From Histomonas meleagridis 2922-C6/04-290x (lineage: Eukaryota > Protista > Parabasalia): DNA of 64,000 nucleotides. A program made the position numbers and the translations under genes. The stretch is taken from assembly GCA_020184695.1 (NCBI GenBank), contig JAANOX010000247.1:119852-183851 (forward strand), written 5' to 3'. Below the pieces are notes generated by a model. It did not search any database and had not been told where the DNA came from. It worked only from the letters and a program-made list of their open reading frames with translations. Positions 21,328-32,114 of the stretch are shown here, one piece after another. How positions within the stretch are numbered: the first letter of the stretch is position 1; the number at the start of each line of letters is the position of its first letter.

Positions 21328-21951
21328 ATGGATTCATTAACAATTAGTAAATGCTCATTAATTTTAAACCAAATGGAATCTAAGCCACTGTTCAAATGTA
21401 TCTCATCAACAGAAAAAAATTCAGAAGAATTTCAAAGGATTTATAGTAACTTCATTAATAATCACTATCAATGTATGGAAACTTGGTCTAATGAGATATG
21501 CAATTTTTTTCAAACTATTATCGATGATAAAAACTCAGATATTTTTTTAAAAAATTCTGCGATTTATATCAAAGATTGGTTCATTCGAAAAACTCAATCT
21601 CATGCCCTCCTATCGCCTGAAGAGTGGTCATCAAGATTTAATAAATTGCATGGAACTTTATCTGATTTAATCCAAAAGGCTCCTGCTGGAATCAATATTG
21701 GAAAACCGCCAGAAGATATTGAAACTATTACAACTTTTTCAGATACACGCATTGAAAAAATGAAGAATCTTATTGAAAACAAACTTGAAGATAAAGACAG
21801 AACATGTTTAATTAAACTCATAGCGACTCTCGAACCTAATACAGATATCAATGGTGACACAGTATCGTTTGATGTTAATTCGTTTAAGCCAAATACTCTA
21901 CTAGCAATCAATGAATTTCTAAAGAAATTCGAAGATATAAAGTTATTTTAA
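21328..21951 (+). CDS. Degenerate bromodomain + ET(NET) domain protein
   Basis: ATG 21328. CSLILNQMESKPLF...FQRIYSNFINNHY...WSNEI is bromodomain-like; C-terminal VSFDVNSFKPNTLLAINEFL is ET-like. Confidence 0.7.
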   Translation: MDSLTISKCSLILNQMESKPLFKCISSTEKNSEEFQRIYSNFINNHYQCMETWSNEICNFFQTIIDDKNSDIFLKNSAIYIKDWFIRKTQSHALLSPEEWSSRFNKLHGTLSDLIQKAPAGINIGKPPEDIETITTFSDTRIEKMKNLIENKLEDKDRTCLIKLIATLEPNTDINGDTVSFDVNSFKPNTLLAINEFLKKFEDIKLF

Positions 21952-22195
21952 TGTTTTTGTTAATAAATCATATATTCTTTGGAATTTTCTTATTTTGGAT
22001 TTGTTTCTTTATAAAAACAAACGAGAAATAACGGTTTTCTCTTTAATATCATTCCAGGACGCACATAAATTATTTTAATAAACATGTTCAATATCCATTC
22101 ATTCAATAGATTAATTAATTAAAATCTTTTCAAAAATATATGTGAAGATGAGAATTCTCTTTCTTGAAAAAAAAGCAATATAAACAATTTTTTAC

Positions 22196-23563
22196 TTACA
22201 AATTTCTAATTTGATTATAAACAGTATTATGAAAATGTATTTGATCATTCAATATTTCATAATTATCAGCTGTTTCTCTCACCACAAATGATCTTGCGAA
22301 TCCCACAAACACATTTCTTATATCATTAAACACACCAGTCAAAACTATGCTAAACAAAGAATCCACAATTTTCTGTTTTGAAAAAGAAAGTGGAATTACA
22401 TTATTCCATTGTATTATATAACTTGAAGCCTCGACAATTCCAGCCGAAAAAACAACGTTTTGTGCATGAATAATATTTGATGGCGAAGACCAATATCTAT
22501 TTTCGAATCTTAAGTTCATTAAATCAGAAGCAAATTGTTGGTAATATGAAAGAGGATCATCAATGCTCATTGCTATATCGCTAGTAATAGCAAAAATTGA
22601 GTTATCTGAATACATTCCCTTTAAACTGTCAATGGACGTTTGAGATCTTTGTAAAAATTCAACCATAAATGGATCGTCGATTGCTATGGGATTAAATTGT
22701 TGCTGAATTTGTGCTAATTGTGGTGATTGCTCAACTTCTTGTGGTTGCTCTGGTTCAGTTCCTTGATTTGGTTGGGGTGGTGCAAAACCAGTAAAAGTGA
22801 CAACGATATGTTGTTCTGCTTCGAGAACTTTTGTGTCCTGATTTGGTTTTAACACAGAGCCTTTGATGCTTAGATGATCAATGCTAGGGAAGTATCTACG
22901 AAGTTGATCAAAGGCTTCGAGTGTTGTAATATCATTATTATCAAGATTGATCGAGCGTATAACATAATGATTTTGGATACAATAAAGTGAAAAGTTGAAA
23001 AGAAGAAATTGCAGAACAGTACTGTTGTCATAATCGAGAATCATACCAACCTCTTGTGATACAAGTTTGGTGAAGACATCTAAATTTGGTTTGGACAAAT
23101 CAAGGTTAAAGGAATGCAAACCATTCCGAAGAACAACGTGATCAACAAAAAGAGATTCATAGTTAGATTCAATAAAATTGTCAAAATTATTTGCAATGTA
23201 AGAATAACTTCGTTCATCGGCACGAGAAAAAATCATTTCAGTTGAAAAATACTGGAATGGACCATAAGAAAAAATCTGTAGAATATCATCTTCTTCTAAA
23301 CGATGAAGTGCAAAATGAAATTGGTTAGAATTTAAATTATCGCCTTTTTCATCTTTTTTATTTAATGTACTTTTGTCACCTTCGAAAACTCTGTTAAAAA
23401 CAAATTTGATACAGTCATTTTTAGACTTTGGATCAGTCCTTTTAAGTGGACCGATAGCAACTAATGAATGAATTACCTTTGTTCCCTGTTTTTGTTTTGG
23501 CTTTTTTTGTTTGTTCAATTGGTTTGGATTGGTTTGCCCGATATAAAAAGGATTTTGGTACAT
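22196..23563 (-). CDS. mRNA export factor Mex67/NXF1-like (LRR + NTF2-like)
   Basis: SINLDNNDITTLEAFDQLRRYFPSIDHLSI is LRR-like; FVGFARSFVV...ILNDQIHF is an NTF2-like end. Confidence 0.7.
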   Translation of the reverse strand: MYQNPFYIGQTNPNQLNKQKKPKQKQGTKVIHSLVAIGPLKRTDPKSKNDCIKFVFNRVFEGDKSTLNKKDEKGDNLNSNQFHFALHRLEEDDILQIFSYGPFQYFSTEMIFSRADERSYSYIANNFDNFIESNYESLFVDHVVLRNGLHSFNLDLSKPNLDVFTKLVSQEVGMILDYDNSTVLQFLLFNFSLYCIQNHYVIRSINLDNNDITTLEAFDQLRRYFPSIDHLSIKGSVLKPNQDTKVLEAEQHIVVTFTGFAPPQPNQGTEPEQPQEVEQSPQLAQIQQQFNPIAIDDPFMVEFLQRSQTSIDSLKGMYSDNSIFAITSDIAMSIDDPLSYYQQFASDLMNLRFENRYWSSPSNIIHAQNVVFSAGIVEASSYIIQWNNVIPLSFSKQKIVDSLFSIVLTGVFNDIRNVFVGFARSFVVRETADNYEILNDQIHFHNTVYNQIRNL

Positions 23564-23849
23564 TCGTTAGTGGAAGTCTTGGTATTCTTTGACCGTTAAT
23601 TTTCGAAATTACAATCCTTTTTGACGGTTTACAAGGTTTTCAGCTAACACTTTTTAATAAGAAAATAAACGGTTTCTGTGTTCCTCCATTTTTTGTGTTT
23701 AAATTATTAAAGTTATAATTTGTTGTTTTTATTACATTTACAAAAGAAATGCAATCGAAAAGGTATCCTCGAAATTCTAGCTTTTTACATTAATATTTTC
23801 ATTTTAGTTATATAAATGAAAAATTGAAACATATTATAGAATGAAATAA

Positions 23850-24080
23850 TCAAACAGAAATATCAAAAATAATACGAAATGATAAAACAGAATTCAGAAG
23901 AATCACATCTGAAGTCAATGAACAATTTGATGTTTAGAATTAGAAGAACTTTTCAAGCAGGGGTAATAAAATTAATGATATGGTATAAAATGAACCGCAA
24001 TAAGATAATATAAAAATCGAATCAAAGTTTTAAAATTAATGTTAAAAATAGACGTTGCTGTATTTTGATTTCACTAAATC
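23850..24080 (+). pseudogene. Degraded DUF3447/ankyrin-family relic
   Basis: EISKIIRNDKTEFRRITSE resembles ELAKIIRNDDVEKLQEISS of the gene at 56535; multiple stops. Confidence 0.3.
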
Positions 24081-24379
24081 ACGAATTCATGTTACTCATA
24101 TAAAAATGTATTGTTCAACGAAAAATTTTAAATAAATCAACAAGTTTTCGAGTGATAAAATTTTTCCTAAATCTTTATTTTCGCTCATAATTTATTAGCA
24201 ATAATGATATTTATGTATTTCATATTATTATACAAGTAATATTTTTATAGATAACTAAAGACAAAATTAAATTTTTTTAATTATCGGAGCGATAATACAT
24301 ACTGAATATCTGTCATTTGACAGTAGTTAGGTACTCAATTATTCATCAGAAATTTGAACAGTTGTGTCAAAAAATTTTA

Positions 24380-24625
24380 ATGTTGTTTCTTTTTGCAGTT
24401 TGTGCCTTCTCAGCAATAGAACAAACTCGTAAAGAGGAGGTAAAAAAAATTCTTGACAACTATTGTCAAAAGTATCGAAATTTTGAACACAAAAAGTCCT
24501 GTCAAAATTCATTATCTAATTTTGTGATGAATGAACAAGAAGAGGCTGAATGCAGTTGTTCACTGGTGTCATGTGTAGAAGCATGTAATTACCTTGGTAA
24601 ACTCTGGACTCAAGAACCTTGGTAA
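24380..24625 (+). CDS. Small secreted 6-Cys protein, copy 1 (81 aa)
   Basis: ATG 24380, signal peptide MLFLFAVCAFSA, clear paralog of 26818..27063. Confidence 0.8.
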   Translation: MLFLFAVCAFSAIEQTRKEEVKKILDNYCQKYRNFEHKKSCQNSLSNFVMNEQEEAECSCSLVSCVEACNYLGKLWTQEPW

Positions 24626-24963
24626 ATAAGAGCAAATGAAATAAACAATTCTTTGCAAAATTTTTTTTATGGTAAAAAAATATTAATGGCATTTAAGAAT
24701 ACATTTCTTTGATTTTGCCATGAAAGTTTCCGTAAAATTTCCGTTCTCATATGAAAATTAAATGTGAAACACTGAATTTTTATTTTGTTAAGTAAATTTC
24801 TCAATATCATTCACAAAGATACACTCATTCAAAAGTTTTTTGTTCATTATATTGATCAACTTATTTATATTAAAATTAATATTAAGCTTCTTCTTTATTT
24901 ATAAATTTATTCACGCCTAAACTCAATTCTTCATATTTGAAGAAAATTGTTTTTATTTTTATA

Positions 24964-26007
24964 TTATAACCATTTGATTTTAGAATCTTTAGTTGCTCTA
25001 CATAGCTTCGGAAATCTTAAATCAGGGAAATAATAATGAACAGTATTATCATTCACCGCAAAAGTCTTTTGGGACCTTTCTATTAATTTGTCTACATCCA
25101 TACCATAGTGTTGATGCAAGAAATAAACTCTATCAAGTGGACCATGAAATGATCCACAAAGCTCTATATCTTGTGGATACTTTTCTTCAGGACATGCAGG
25201 CAAATTAGTGAAATCACCATTATATATTCTCCGCAAATCTTCATCGCCGAATGAATGCCCCAAAAAGTTAAATGATGTTGCTTCAACAATACTAATGTTT
25301 AATCTATGTAAGAATTCATTATGACAAACATCTTCGGCTACTTTACAATGAAATATAACATCTTCATAAAGCGGAAGCATTAATTCGACAGCTTTCCTAG
25401 AATAAAGATATCCAGCACCACCTTGAAGAAACCCTTTGGTTGAAGGCCTCTTAACACAAGAGCCTAAAATCACTGGTTCTGTAAGTGGATCATATTTCAT
25501 CTCGAGTGATTCATAGTATGATTCTATATGTTTTACATTAATAGCATTATCATCAGCACCTCTATGAAGCCATCTATAATCTGTTTCGTATAAAAAATAT
25601 GAAAGCGCAAAGTACGTCTTACGAAAAATATCAATGCTTTTAAAATCATATTCTCCATATTTCCTAATTCTAGATGTTATGTCACCATAATATTGGGGAA
25701 CTTTAAGATTTAATATATCTTCTTGGCTTTCTTGTGTTGTTTTATTGACATCTCTCCAATCAATATATATCGCTTTATAACCAGACAATTGATTTAAATC
25801 ATTTCCAAAGAATTTTGACATAGCTAAAGGTCTATTACTCTTTGCCATTGATACAATTATAAACAACATCTTATTTGTTTCATTACTGTGGATTTTAGAT
25901 AATATTTTTATACCATTGATATTGATTCCTTCAAATAAATGATCTGCCCTCGATGGAAAAACGAAATAGAATACAGAAAACAAAATTAATAACACGAAAT
26001 AAATCAT
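24964..26007 (-). CDS. Fringe/beta-1,3-galactosyltransferase-like glycosyltransferase (GT31)
   Basis: Type II N-terminal TM from ATG 26007; WLHRGADDNAINV; FLQGGAGYLYSRKAV; EDV. Confidence 0.8.
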   Translation of the reverse strand: MIYFVLLILFSVFYFVFPSRADHLFEGININGIKILSKIHSNETNKMLFIIVSMAKSNRPLAMSKFFGNDLNQLSGYKAIYIDWRDVNKTTQESQEDILNLKVPQYYGDITSRIRKYGEYDFKSIDIFRKTYFALSYFLYETDYRWLHRGADDNAINVKHIESYYESLEMKYDPLTEPVILGSCVKRPSTKGFLQGGAGYLYSRKAVELMLPLYEDVIFHCKVAEDVCHNEFLHRLNISIVEATSFNFLGHSFGDEDLRRIYNGDFTNLPACPEEKYPQDIELCGSFHGPLDRVYFLHQHYGMDVDKLIERSQKTFAVNDNTVHYYFPDLRFPKLCRATKDSKIKWL

Positions 26008-26338
26008 ATTTGGTGATAAATTTTTTTCTGTTTTTGTTGAAGCGGGCCTCGGAGTGGCAATAATTTTCACTTTTTCAAAGGGGTTGAAGGTGGTAATCAA
26101 AATTTCAAAGGGGTTTGAACTGATGGCACTTTTGTCCGTATTTTGAAGCAATCGTTTTCGCTATGATCAAAAAGTGAAAATTGAGATAAAAAACAATTAT
26201 GCTGGAAAAATGGGTTTTAACGGTTAATAATTGCGTGTTGATTCCTTAAGCTATTAATGTTAAAAAATTGATTTGTTAAGTTTTATTAAATATTTGATTT
26301 ATTAGGTGGAATGTGTGGATGGATTGTTCCAAACAAAA

Positions 26339-26740
26339 CTAATGCGCTTTTGATACTATTCTTTTATTGCTCTTTTTGTTTTTAATATGTTCTGCTATTT
26401 CATTCAGTCCATCTGTTTCATCACTTTGGTCGTCATCATTGAACATTTTTTGGTTTTTCTTCAGCACTTCATTCAATACATGTTACATTTTTCGTCGAAT
26501 TCGACGAATTCGTCATCTAAATTCTGTTTTTGTTCATTATTTGCTGTACAATTTCACGTGGATCATTTAAATCATGTACACCTTCATCATATCTATTATC
26601 CAATTTGATATCACTATCATCGAAAGTTTGCGTTTCATCTGTTTTATTATTTCCATATCTTAAGTTCTCATCTGGGAGGCAAAAGGGCGCCAAATCAACT
26701 TTTTGTGAGAAAAAATTCAAATTTAAAATAACGGTTTCAT
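26339..26740 (-). pseudogene. Small acidic hypothetical protein with about 3 frameshifts
   Basis: ATG 26740. The pieces NFFSQKVDLAPF...EIVQQ, NEQKQNLDDEFVEFDENV and VLNEVLKKNQKMFNDDDQSDETD...KAH* lie in different frames. Confidence 0.4.
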
Positions 26741-26817
26741 AGCGAAACGATTATCTCAAATTTTTGCCAAAACCCATCAAATCGGTTAAACATCTGAAAT
26801 TTCAATACAACAAAATC

Positions 26818-27063
26818 ATGTTGTTTCTTTTCGCTATTTGTATCAACTCAGCAGCTAATAACCGTGAACGCATTGAAGAGGTTATGAATGATCTTAGAGG
26901 TTTTTGCAATCATTTCATAGATGGAAGAAGAGAATGTGTTGAATCAATACAAAGTTTTAAGATAAACGATCTTAACGAGCCCGAATGTGGATGCTCTAAG
27001 AAGCACTCCTGTGTAGAGGCATGCAAATACCTTGCTAAGCTCTGGGCTGAAGAACCTTGGTAA
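26818..27063 (+). CDS. Small secreted 6-Cys protein, copy 2 (81 aa)
   Basis: ATG 26818, same signal peptide and SCVEACxYLxKLWxxEPW end as copy 1. Confidence 0.8.
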   Translation: MLFLFAICINSAANNRERIEEVMNDLRGFCNHFIDGRRECVESIQSFKINDLNEPECGCSKKHSCVEACKYLAKLWAEEPW

Positions 27064-27715
27064 AAAATAATAATTAATCGAATTAAACAATTCGTCGCTC
27101 AATTCTTCCTTGTGTTTCAAAAAAACATGCAAAGTTGTCAATGTAATAGATACCAAATAAAAAACGCCACCATCATTTCTTCATGCAAAAGCATAAGAAA
27201 GTATTGAAAAACGGTTTGAAGAAAATCATAAACGTTATACCCTGTAGATAATCGATAAAATTCATTTTTTATTGAAAAATGAGTTAACTCATACTTCATG
27301 AAGTATTTACTTATCCCTAGGCTATATTAATGTATTTTATATATAAAAATTTGATTAATTTATTTCAAATAAAATTAAATTAGAATGAATATCTAAGCAA
27401 TTGAGAATATTGTATATAATAACATGGGTCTTGTAAATGAAGGAAACAAGACATTTGATGAAAGGGTAAAATGGCGGGAAAAAATGTATTTTTCTTCGAT
27501 TTACATGCACGATAGGTGTCAAATATATAACGTCTTCCGAATGTAAAGCATTCAAATAACGGTCATTACAACTTTTTCAGTGAAAATCGACTTTTTAATA
27601 ATATTTAGGACGAATTTGAATAGTTCGGGTAAAAGAACGGTCGAAAATTATACGTTAAAATCATAAAAAATCATTGAAGCTTTGGGAGACTGGGGTGCCC
27701 CATTACATAACAATA

Positions 27716-28183
27716 ATGAAGCGAAAATCAGCACCAAAATGCACAAGCGTTTGGCGCATCATATTATTTACGCTAAGTCTCTTAATCTTTTTGTGTATTT
27801 TTTCTTTCTTACATCCAGATGTTGCTTGTATTTCTATTCTAAATATAATCGATTTGCTAAAACGAAAGTATACTTTCCAAATTTATGGTGTAGGTAGTGC
27901 CAACTATAAATTAGGAATGTTGGTACAAAGTTTTCTTGTTGTTCTTATTGGTGTTTTTGGTGCAATTCATGAAATCATAGAAATTTTCAAAAGAAGCACA
28001 ATGATTTATATTACGAACAACATGGGACGCTCTATTGTCCACTTTCTGACAGCACTTTTGATTCCTGGATTCAAAGGTATCTTAGGAATTATTTCGTGCT
28101 TGATTGAAATATTATTTTCTCTTGTTTGTTATATAGCTGCAACAGTTGAATCATGGAACCCAATTGATGAAGAATCTGAGTAG
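27716..28183 (+). CDS. Multi-pass membrane protein (possibly COPI-associated Tvp15-like)
   Basis: About 4 hydrophobic segments, YITNNMGRSIVHFL motif, acidic tail; first ATG at 27716. Confidence 0.6.
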   Translation: MKRKSAPKCTSVWRIILFTLSLLIFLCIFSFLHPDVACISILNIIDLLKRKYTFQIYGVGSANYKLGMLVQSFLVVLIGVFGAIHEIIEIFKRSTMIYITNNMGRSIVHFLTALLIPGFKGILGIISCLIEILFSLVCYIAATVESWNPIDEESE

Positions 28184-28508
28184 AATAATTTCAAATTTAT
28201 TTTTTGAAATTTCTTTACTCTATTTAATGAATTTATGGATTCTTCACGTGAACCTAAGACAGATGCTTTAAGTGTCCAATTTATACATTTTTTGCGGCTT
28301 CAAAGTTTTTTCATTTTAATTAAAAATTTAATTTATAACAAATTAAAATGATGAAAATAATTTTGGTTTTTCTTATTGAAGTAAGGCACAAGAAAAATAT
28401 TTCTCGATTTAATAAATAGTTTTATTGGATGAACATCATTATTATACATGACCGTTTATTTGACGATAGATCCCCCTCAAAATTTCAGTGATTTACATTC
28501 TAAACTGA

Positions 28509-29651
28509 ATGAAGAACCTTGTTCTTCTTTCTGCCTTATCAAGTATATCCAATCTTACAATTATGGGCAAAATGTCACATCCATTTTCGCCTCATCCTGT
28601 TTTTGTTGGGATGCAAAATGGAATCAGAAATACTTTAACATTTCGGAATTTCCATTTATATAATAATTATGCTCCTCTTGTTAAGGGTTACTTTTCTTCT
28701 CTTATTCTAAAGGATTCAGTGTTTCAAAATTCTCCTCAACCACTTTCTGGTATTACAACATCAAAAACGCTAACAATCGACAAAAAAAAGATAAACGAAA
28801 CAACGGCAGAATTTTCTAATGAAACACTTATCATTACCAATTGTCTTTTTGAAGACTGCCGATGTGAAGATTCAAATGGTGGAGCCATCAATGGCCAAAA
28901 AAGCATTGTTCAAATTGCCAATACCACATTTCAATATTGTACATCTGAAAAAGGTGGCGCAATTTATCTTACTGGTTCTAAAGTTACGTTCGATAATGTC
29001 AATTTTACAACCAACTTAGCTATGGCTACATGTGGTGCAGCTTACTTCCATGACTGTGACGTCGACATTACTCGCGGCTTTTCCGTTTCCAATAGTGCCA
29101 TCGAAGGCAACGGCTGTTTTTCATTTGAGTCATCCACGGTTAACATCAAAATGCATCACTTCATCCGCAACAACGCCAACGCGGCATGCGGCTGTGTCTT
29201 TTCACAAAACAGTAATATGATGATTAACGATAGTTACTTCATACATAATCATGGCGCAAGTCGTTCTGGTGCGATCGAAATATTTTATACGCAAAACGTA
29301 ATAATCCATAACTGTACATTCATTAGTAACGAAATCACTAACGGCGATTCAACAAACGTCGTAATCGAAGGTGATTCAAATGTTACATTTAGTAATTGTA
29401 CATTTGACGCACAGTTCCAAACTGTGGTCGAATATTATTCATTCGGAACGCAGACTGTTCAGAAAAAGGATATAATCATCGATTTGAACCCACCAAACCC
29501 TTTTTATATGATTGTGGATGTGATCGATGACGTATTATTCCAAGAAGTAATACTAAGTCACAAAAAATCAGACGCTTTCACAATACTAATGCTGGTTTCG
29601 GTTCCAATTTTTGTTGTGGCCGCGTTCGCACTTCTTCATTTTACAAAGTGA
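28509..29651 (+). CDS. Pmp-like (GGAI/FxxN beta-helix) membrane protein
   Basis: NGGAING, KGGAIY, SGAIEI with FxxN/C repeats; N-terminal signal and C-terminal TM. Confidence 0.72.
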   Translation: MKNLVLLSALSSISNLTIMGKMSHPFSPHPVFVGMQNGIRNTLTFRNFHLYNNYAPLVKGYFSSLILKDSVFQNSPQPLSGITTSKTLTIDKKKINETTAEFSNETLIITNCLFEDCRCEDSNGGAINGQKSIVQIANTTFQYCTSEKGGAIYLTGSKVTFDNVNFTTNLAMATCGAAYFHDCDVDITRGFSVSNSAIEGNGCFSFESSTVNIKMHHFIRNNANAACGCVFSQNSNMMINDSYFIHNHGASRSGAIEIFYTQNVIIHNCTFISNEITNGDSTNVVIEGDSNVTFSNCTFDAQFQTVVEYYSFGTQTVQKKDIIIDLNPPNPFYMIVDVIDDVLFQEVILSHKKSDAFTILMLVSVPIFVVAAFALLHFTK

Positions 29652-29975
29652 ATATTATTTGACTTAAGGATGTTGAAATTTATTTGCAGAAATTCTAAGT
29701 AAAATAAATTTAAAAAAATATTTAAATGTTTTTGATTTAAAATTTCTTAATTACATTTTGATATGTTTGGCATAACTCATTTTATATTTAACAATTTTTT
29801 TTTTGTGCACATTCATTTAATAAGTTAATGTTAGCTGATTCAATTAGGCTCGTTAACTGGTTTATGAATTTTGGCTCAAATTACTTCCTTTCACTTCTTT
29901 ACAGTAAAGCTATGATTTTTAAAATAACCTCATGAGAAATGTTATGTGAAAATAAGACATGTTATGTGAAAGGAA

Positions 29976-30938
29976 ATGCTCTTTTTGGTTTTTTTCAGAC
30001 ACATCTTCGGAACGTTTGTTTCCGAACAAGAAGAAGCTAGCTTCAAAGAATGGATGAAAGAAAACTCCTACTGTTTTACTGGCGAAGATTATATGAAAAG
30101 GCTTGGAATCTTCATCACAAATAAACGCGTAGTCAATGATTTCAATCAAAACCATCCATTTAAACTTTCACTTAATAAGTTTGCTGCTTTCACAAATTCA
30201 GAGTACCAAAGTCTTCTCCAAACTACATATCCTACTAAAATTCCACAACAAACAGAAACAGAAAAGCGCAATGCCTATGTTCCTGATTCTCTTGATTGGC
30301 GTGATTTTAATATCATTAATTCAATCAAAGATTTAGGAGCTGAGTGTGGAGCATCATGGGCATTTACCGCAGTGACAGCACAGGAGTCTGCCTGGGCCAA
30401 GAAGCATGGGGAACTTTATAATCTCTCTGCCTCCAATCTCATTGATTGTTGTATTTATGCCTCTGGTTGTAATGGCGGTAATCCATATGATGCATTTCAA
30501 TATACCAACGACTATCAAAACGGCCAATTTATGTCAGAAGAAGATTATCCGTACACTGGTAGCCAAGGCGCGTGTCGTTATGATTCAACAAAAGCGATCA
30601 CATCTTCACGAAGTTACATCATTGTCAACTTGAACGACGAACAAGACATGGTTTCGAAGTGTGCAGAGTACGGCGTAATGTGCGCATCCATTGACGCGTC
30701 TTCGTTTTCTTTCCAGCTTTACAAGGGCGGAATCTTCGAAGACAGCAGATGTTCCACGTGGAAAACGAATCTCGCCGTGTGCGTCGTTGGATACGGCGTT
30801 GAAGGCGATGTGCCGTATTGGATAATAAGGAACTCGTGGGGAATGTCGTGGGGCGAGGACGGATATATGAAACTAAAAAGGAATGAAAAATCGATGTGCG
30901 GCATTGCGTCAATGACTTTTGTTCCTATTGCTGAATAA
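29976..30938 (+). CDS. Cathepsin L-like papain family protein, predicted catalytically inactive
   Basis: I29 prodomain, LDWR, GCNGG, YWIIRNSWG. The catalytic motifs read KDLG..CGASWAF and NLAV. Confidence 0.92.
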   Translation: MLFLVFFRHIFGTFVSEQEEASFKEWMKENSYCFTGEDYMKRLGIFITNKRVVNDFNQNHPFKLSLNKFAAFTNSEYQSLLQTTYPTKIPQQTETEKRNAYVPDSLDWRDFNIINSIKDLGAECGASWAFTAVTAQESAWAKKHGELYNLSASNLIDCCIYASGCNGGNPYDAFQYTNDYQNGQFMSEEDYPYTGSQGACRYDSTKAITSSRSYIIVNLNDEQDMVSKCAEYGVMCASIDASSFSFQLYKGGIFEDSRCSTWKTNLAVCVVGYGVEGDVPYWIIRNSWGMSWGEDGYMKLKRNEKSMCGIASMTFVPIAE

Positions 30939-31439
30939 TAATAATAGTAAACAGTTTTAGTGTATGAAATTAGATGTTTAAAATATATTTTTGTTTAGAA
31001 TATTGATATAAGCAGTATAAGTAAATATAAATATAAAATATAAGAAGTGCTTCTTTTTATTAAAGAAAAAAATATTTTGTTATATGATTATGGAAAGAGT
31101 ATAAAAAATGTTATAAAAATCTTGTTTTTTCGAGTTATTATAAAAATCTCTTATCTTAATAATATTTATTTGATTAATTTGTTGTTTCAAAATATTATCT
31201 GGATATTATTTAAATTATATGATGCAGAACTTATATTTTTGCATCTAAATATGGAATAGTCAAAAATTACTACGTTATGTTTTCGTACATTATTCTTTAT
31301 GTACATTTAAAATTTCGATGTTTTGCTTCAATATATTCCATTGTCATAATTGGGGATACTGCGCAGTTATTTGATATTGTGGTAAAATGTATTTCGTGGC
31401 AAAAATAAACAATATTTTATACATTATATCTCAAAAGAA

Positions 31440-31950
31440 GAAATAGAAAATGAGAATTTTTTCGAGTATTTCAAGCATAACATTAAAGAACTCCAAAGAA
31501 ATAATTTCGAACTTCATAAAAAATTAATTAAAGAAGGAGTTAATCATAATAAAATTACCGAAATAATTCGAAGTGATAATATAGAAAATATCATCGCAAA
31601 CAAATTTTGATTATAATCAATGTTACATTAATCAATGATTATGCAGCATTTTTTAATTCAGTTAAATGTTTTAAATATTTACTTCTGAATGGTTCTACAT
31701 TATATAATACAGGAAAATATGCAATTGCAAGTGGAAATCTTGAAATTATTCATTTATGTGAACAAAATCATTCAACATTTGGTCCAATGGAGATGTATAT
31801 GAAACTGCAATTGATATCCATCGAAATGATTTTTTTAAATCTCTTTATGAAAATAAAATTGTTGAAGTCAATAATTTAGAATTGCACTTGATTATTCTTC
31901 TAGTAATGGTCATACTGAAATAGTCAAATTTCTTAATCAATACACATAAG
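31440..31950 (+). pseudogene. DUF3447/ankyrin gene fragment
   Basis: DYAAFFNSVKCFKYLLLNG...KYAIASGNLEIIHLCEQ plus one ankyrin repeat (SSNGHTEIVKFL); frameshifted. Confidence 0.7.
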
Positions 31951-32114
31951 CTAATAAAAAGAAACGAAAAATTTATTTCTAAAAATTGATATTTCTTATC
32001 AAATTTTGAAAATATTCAAATGGACACATTCCCTTATATAAAATTCTAAAATAAAATGAAATGTAAATAAAAATAATAATATACGGAACGATTTTTTATT
32101 AAAATATTTTAATT

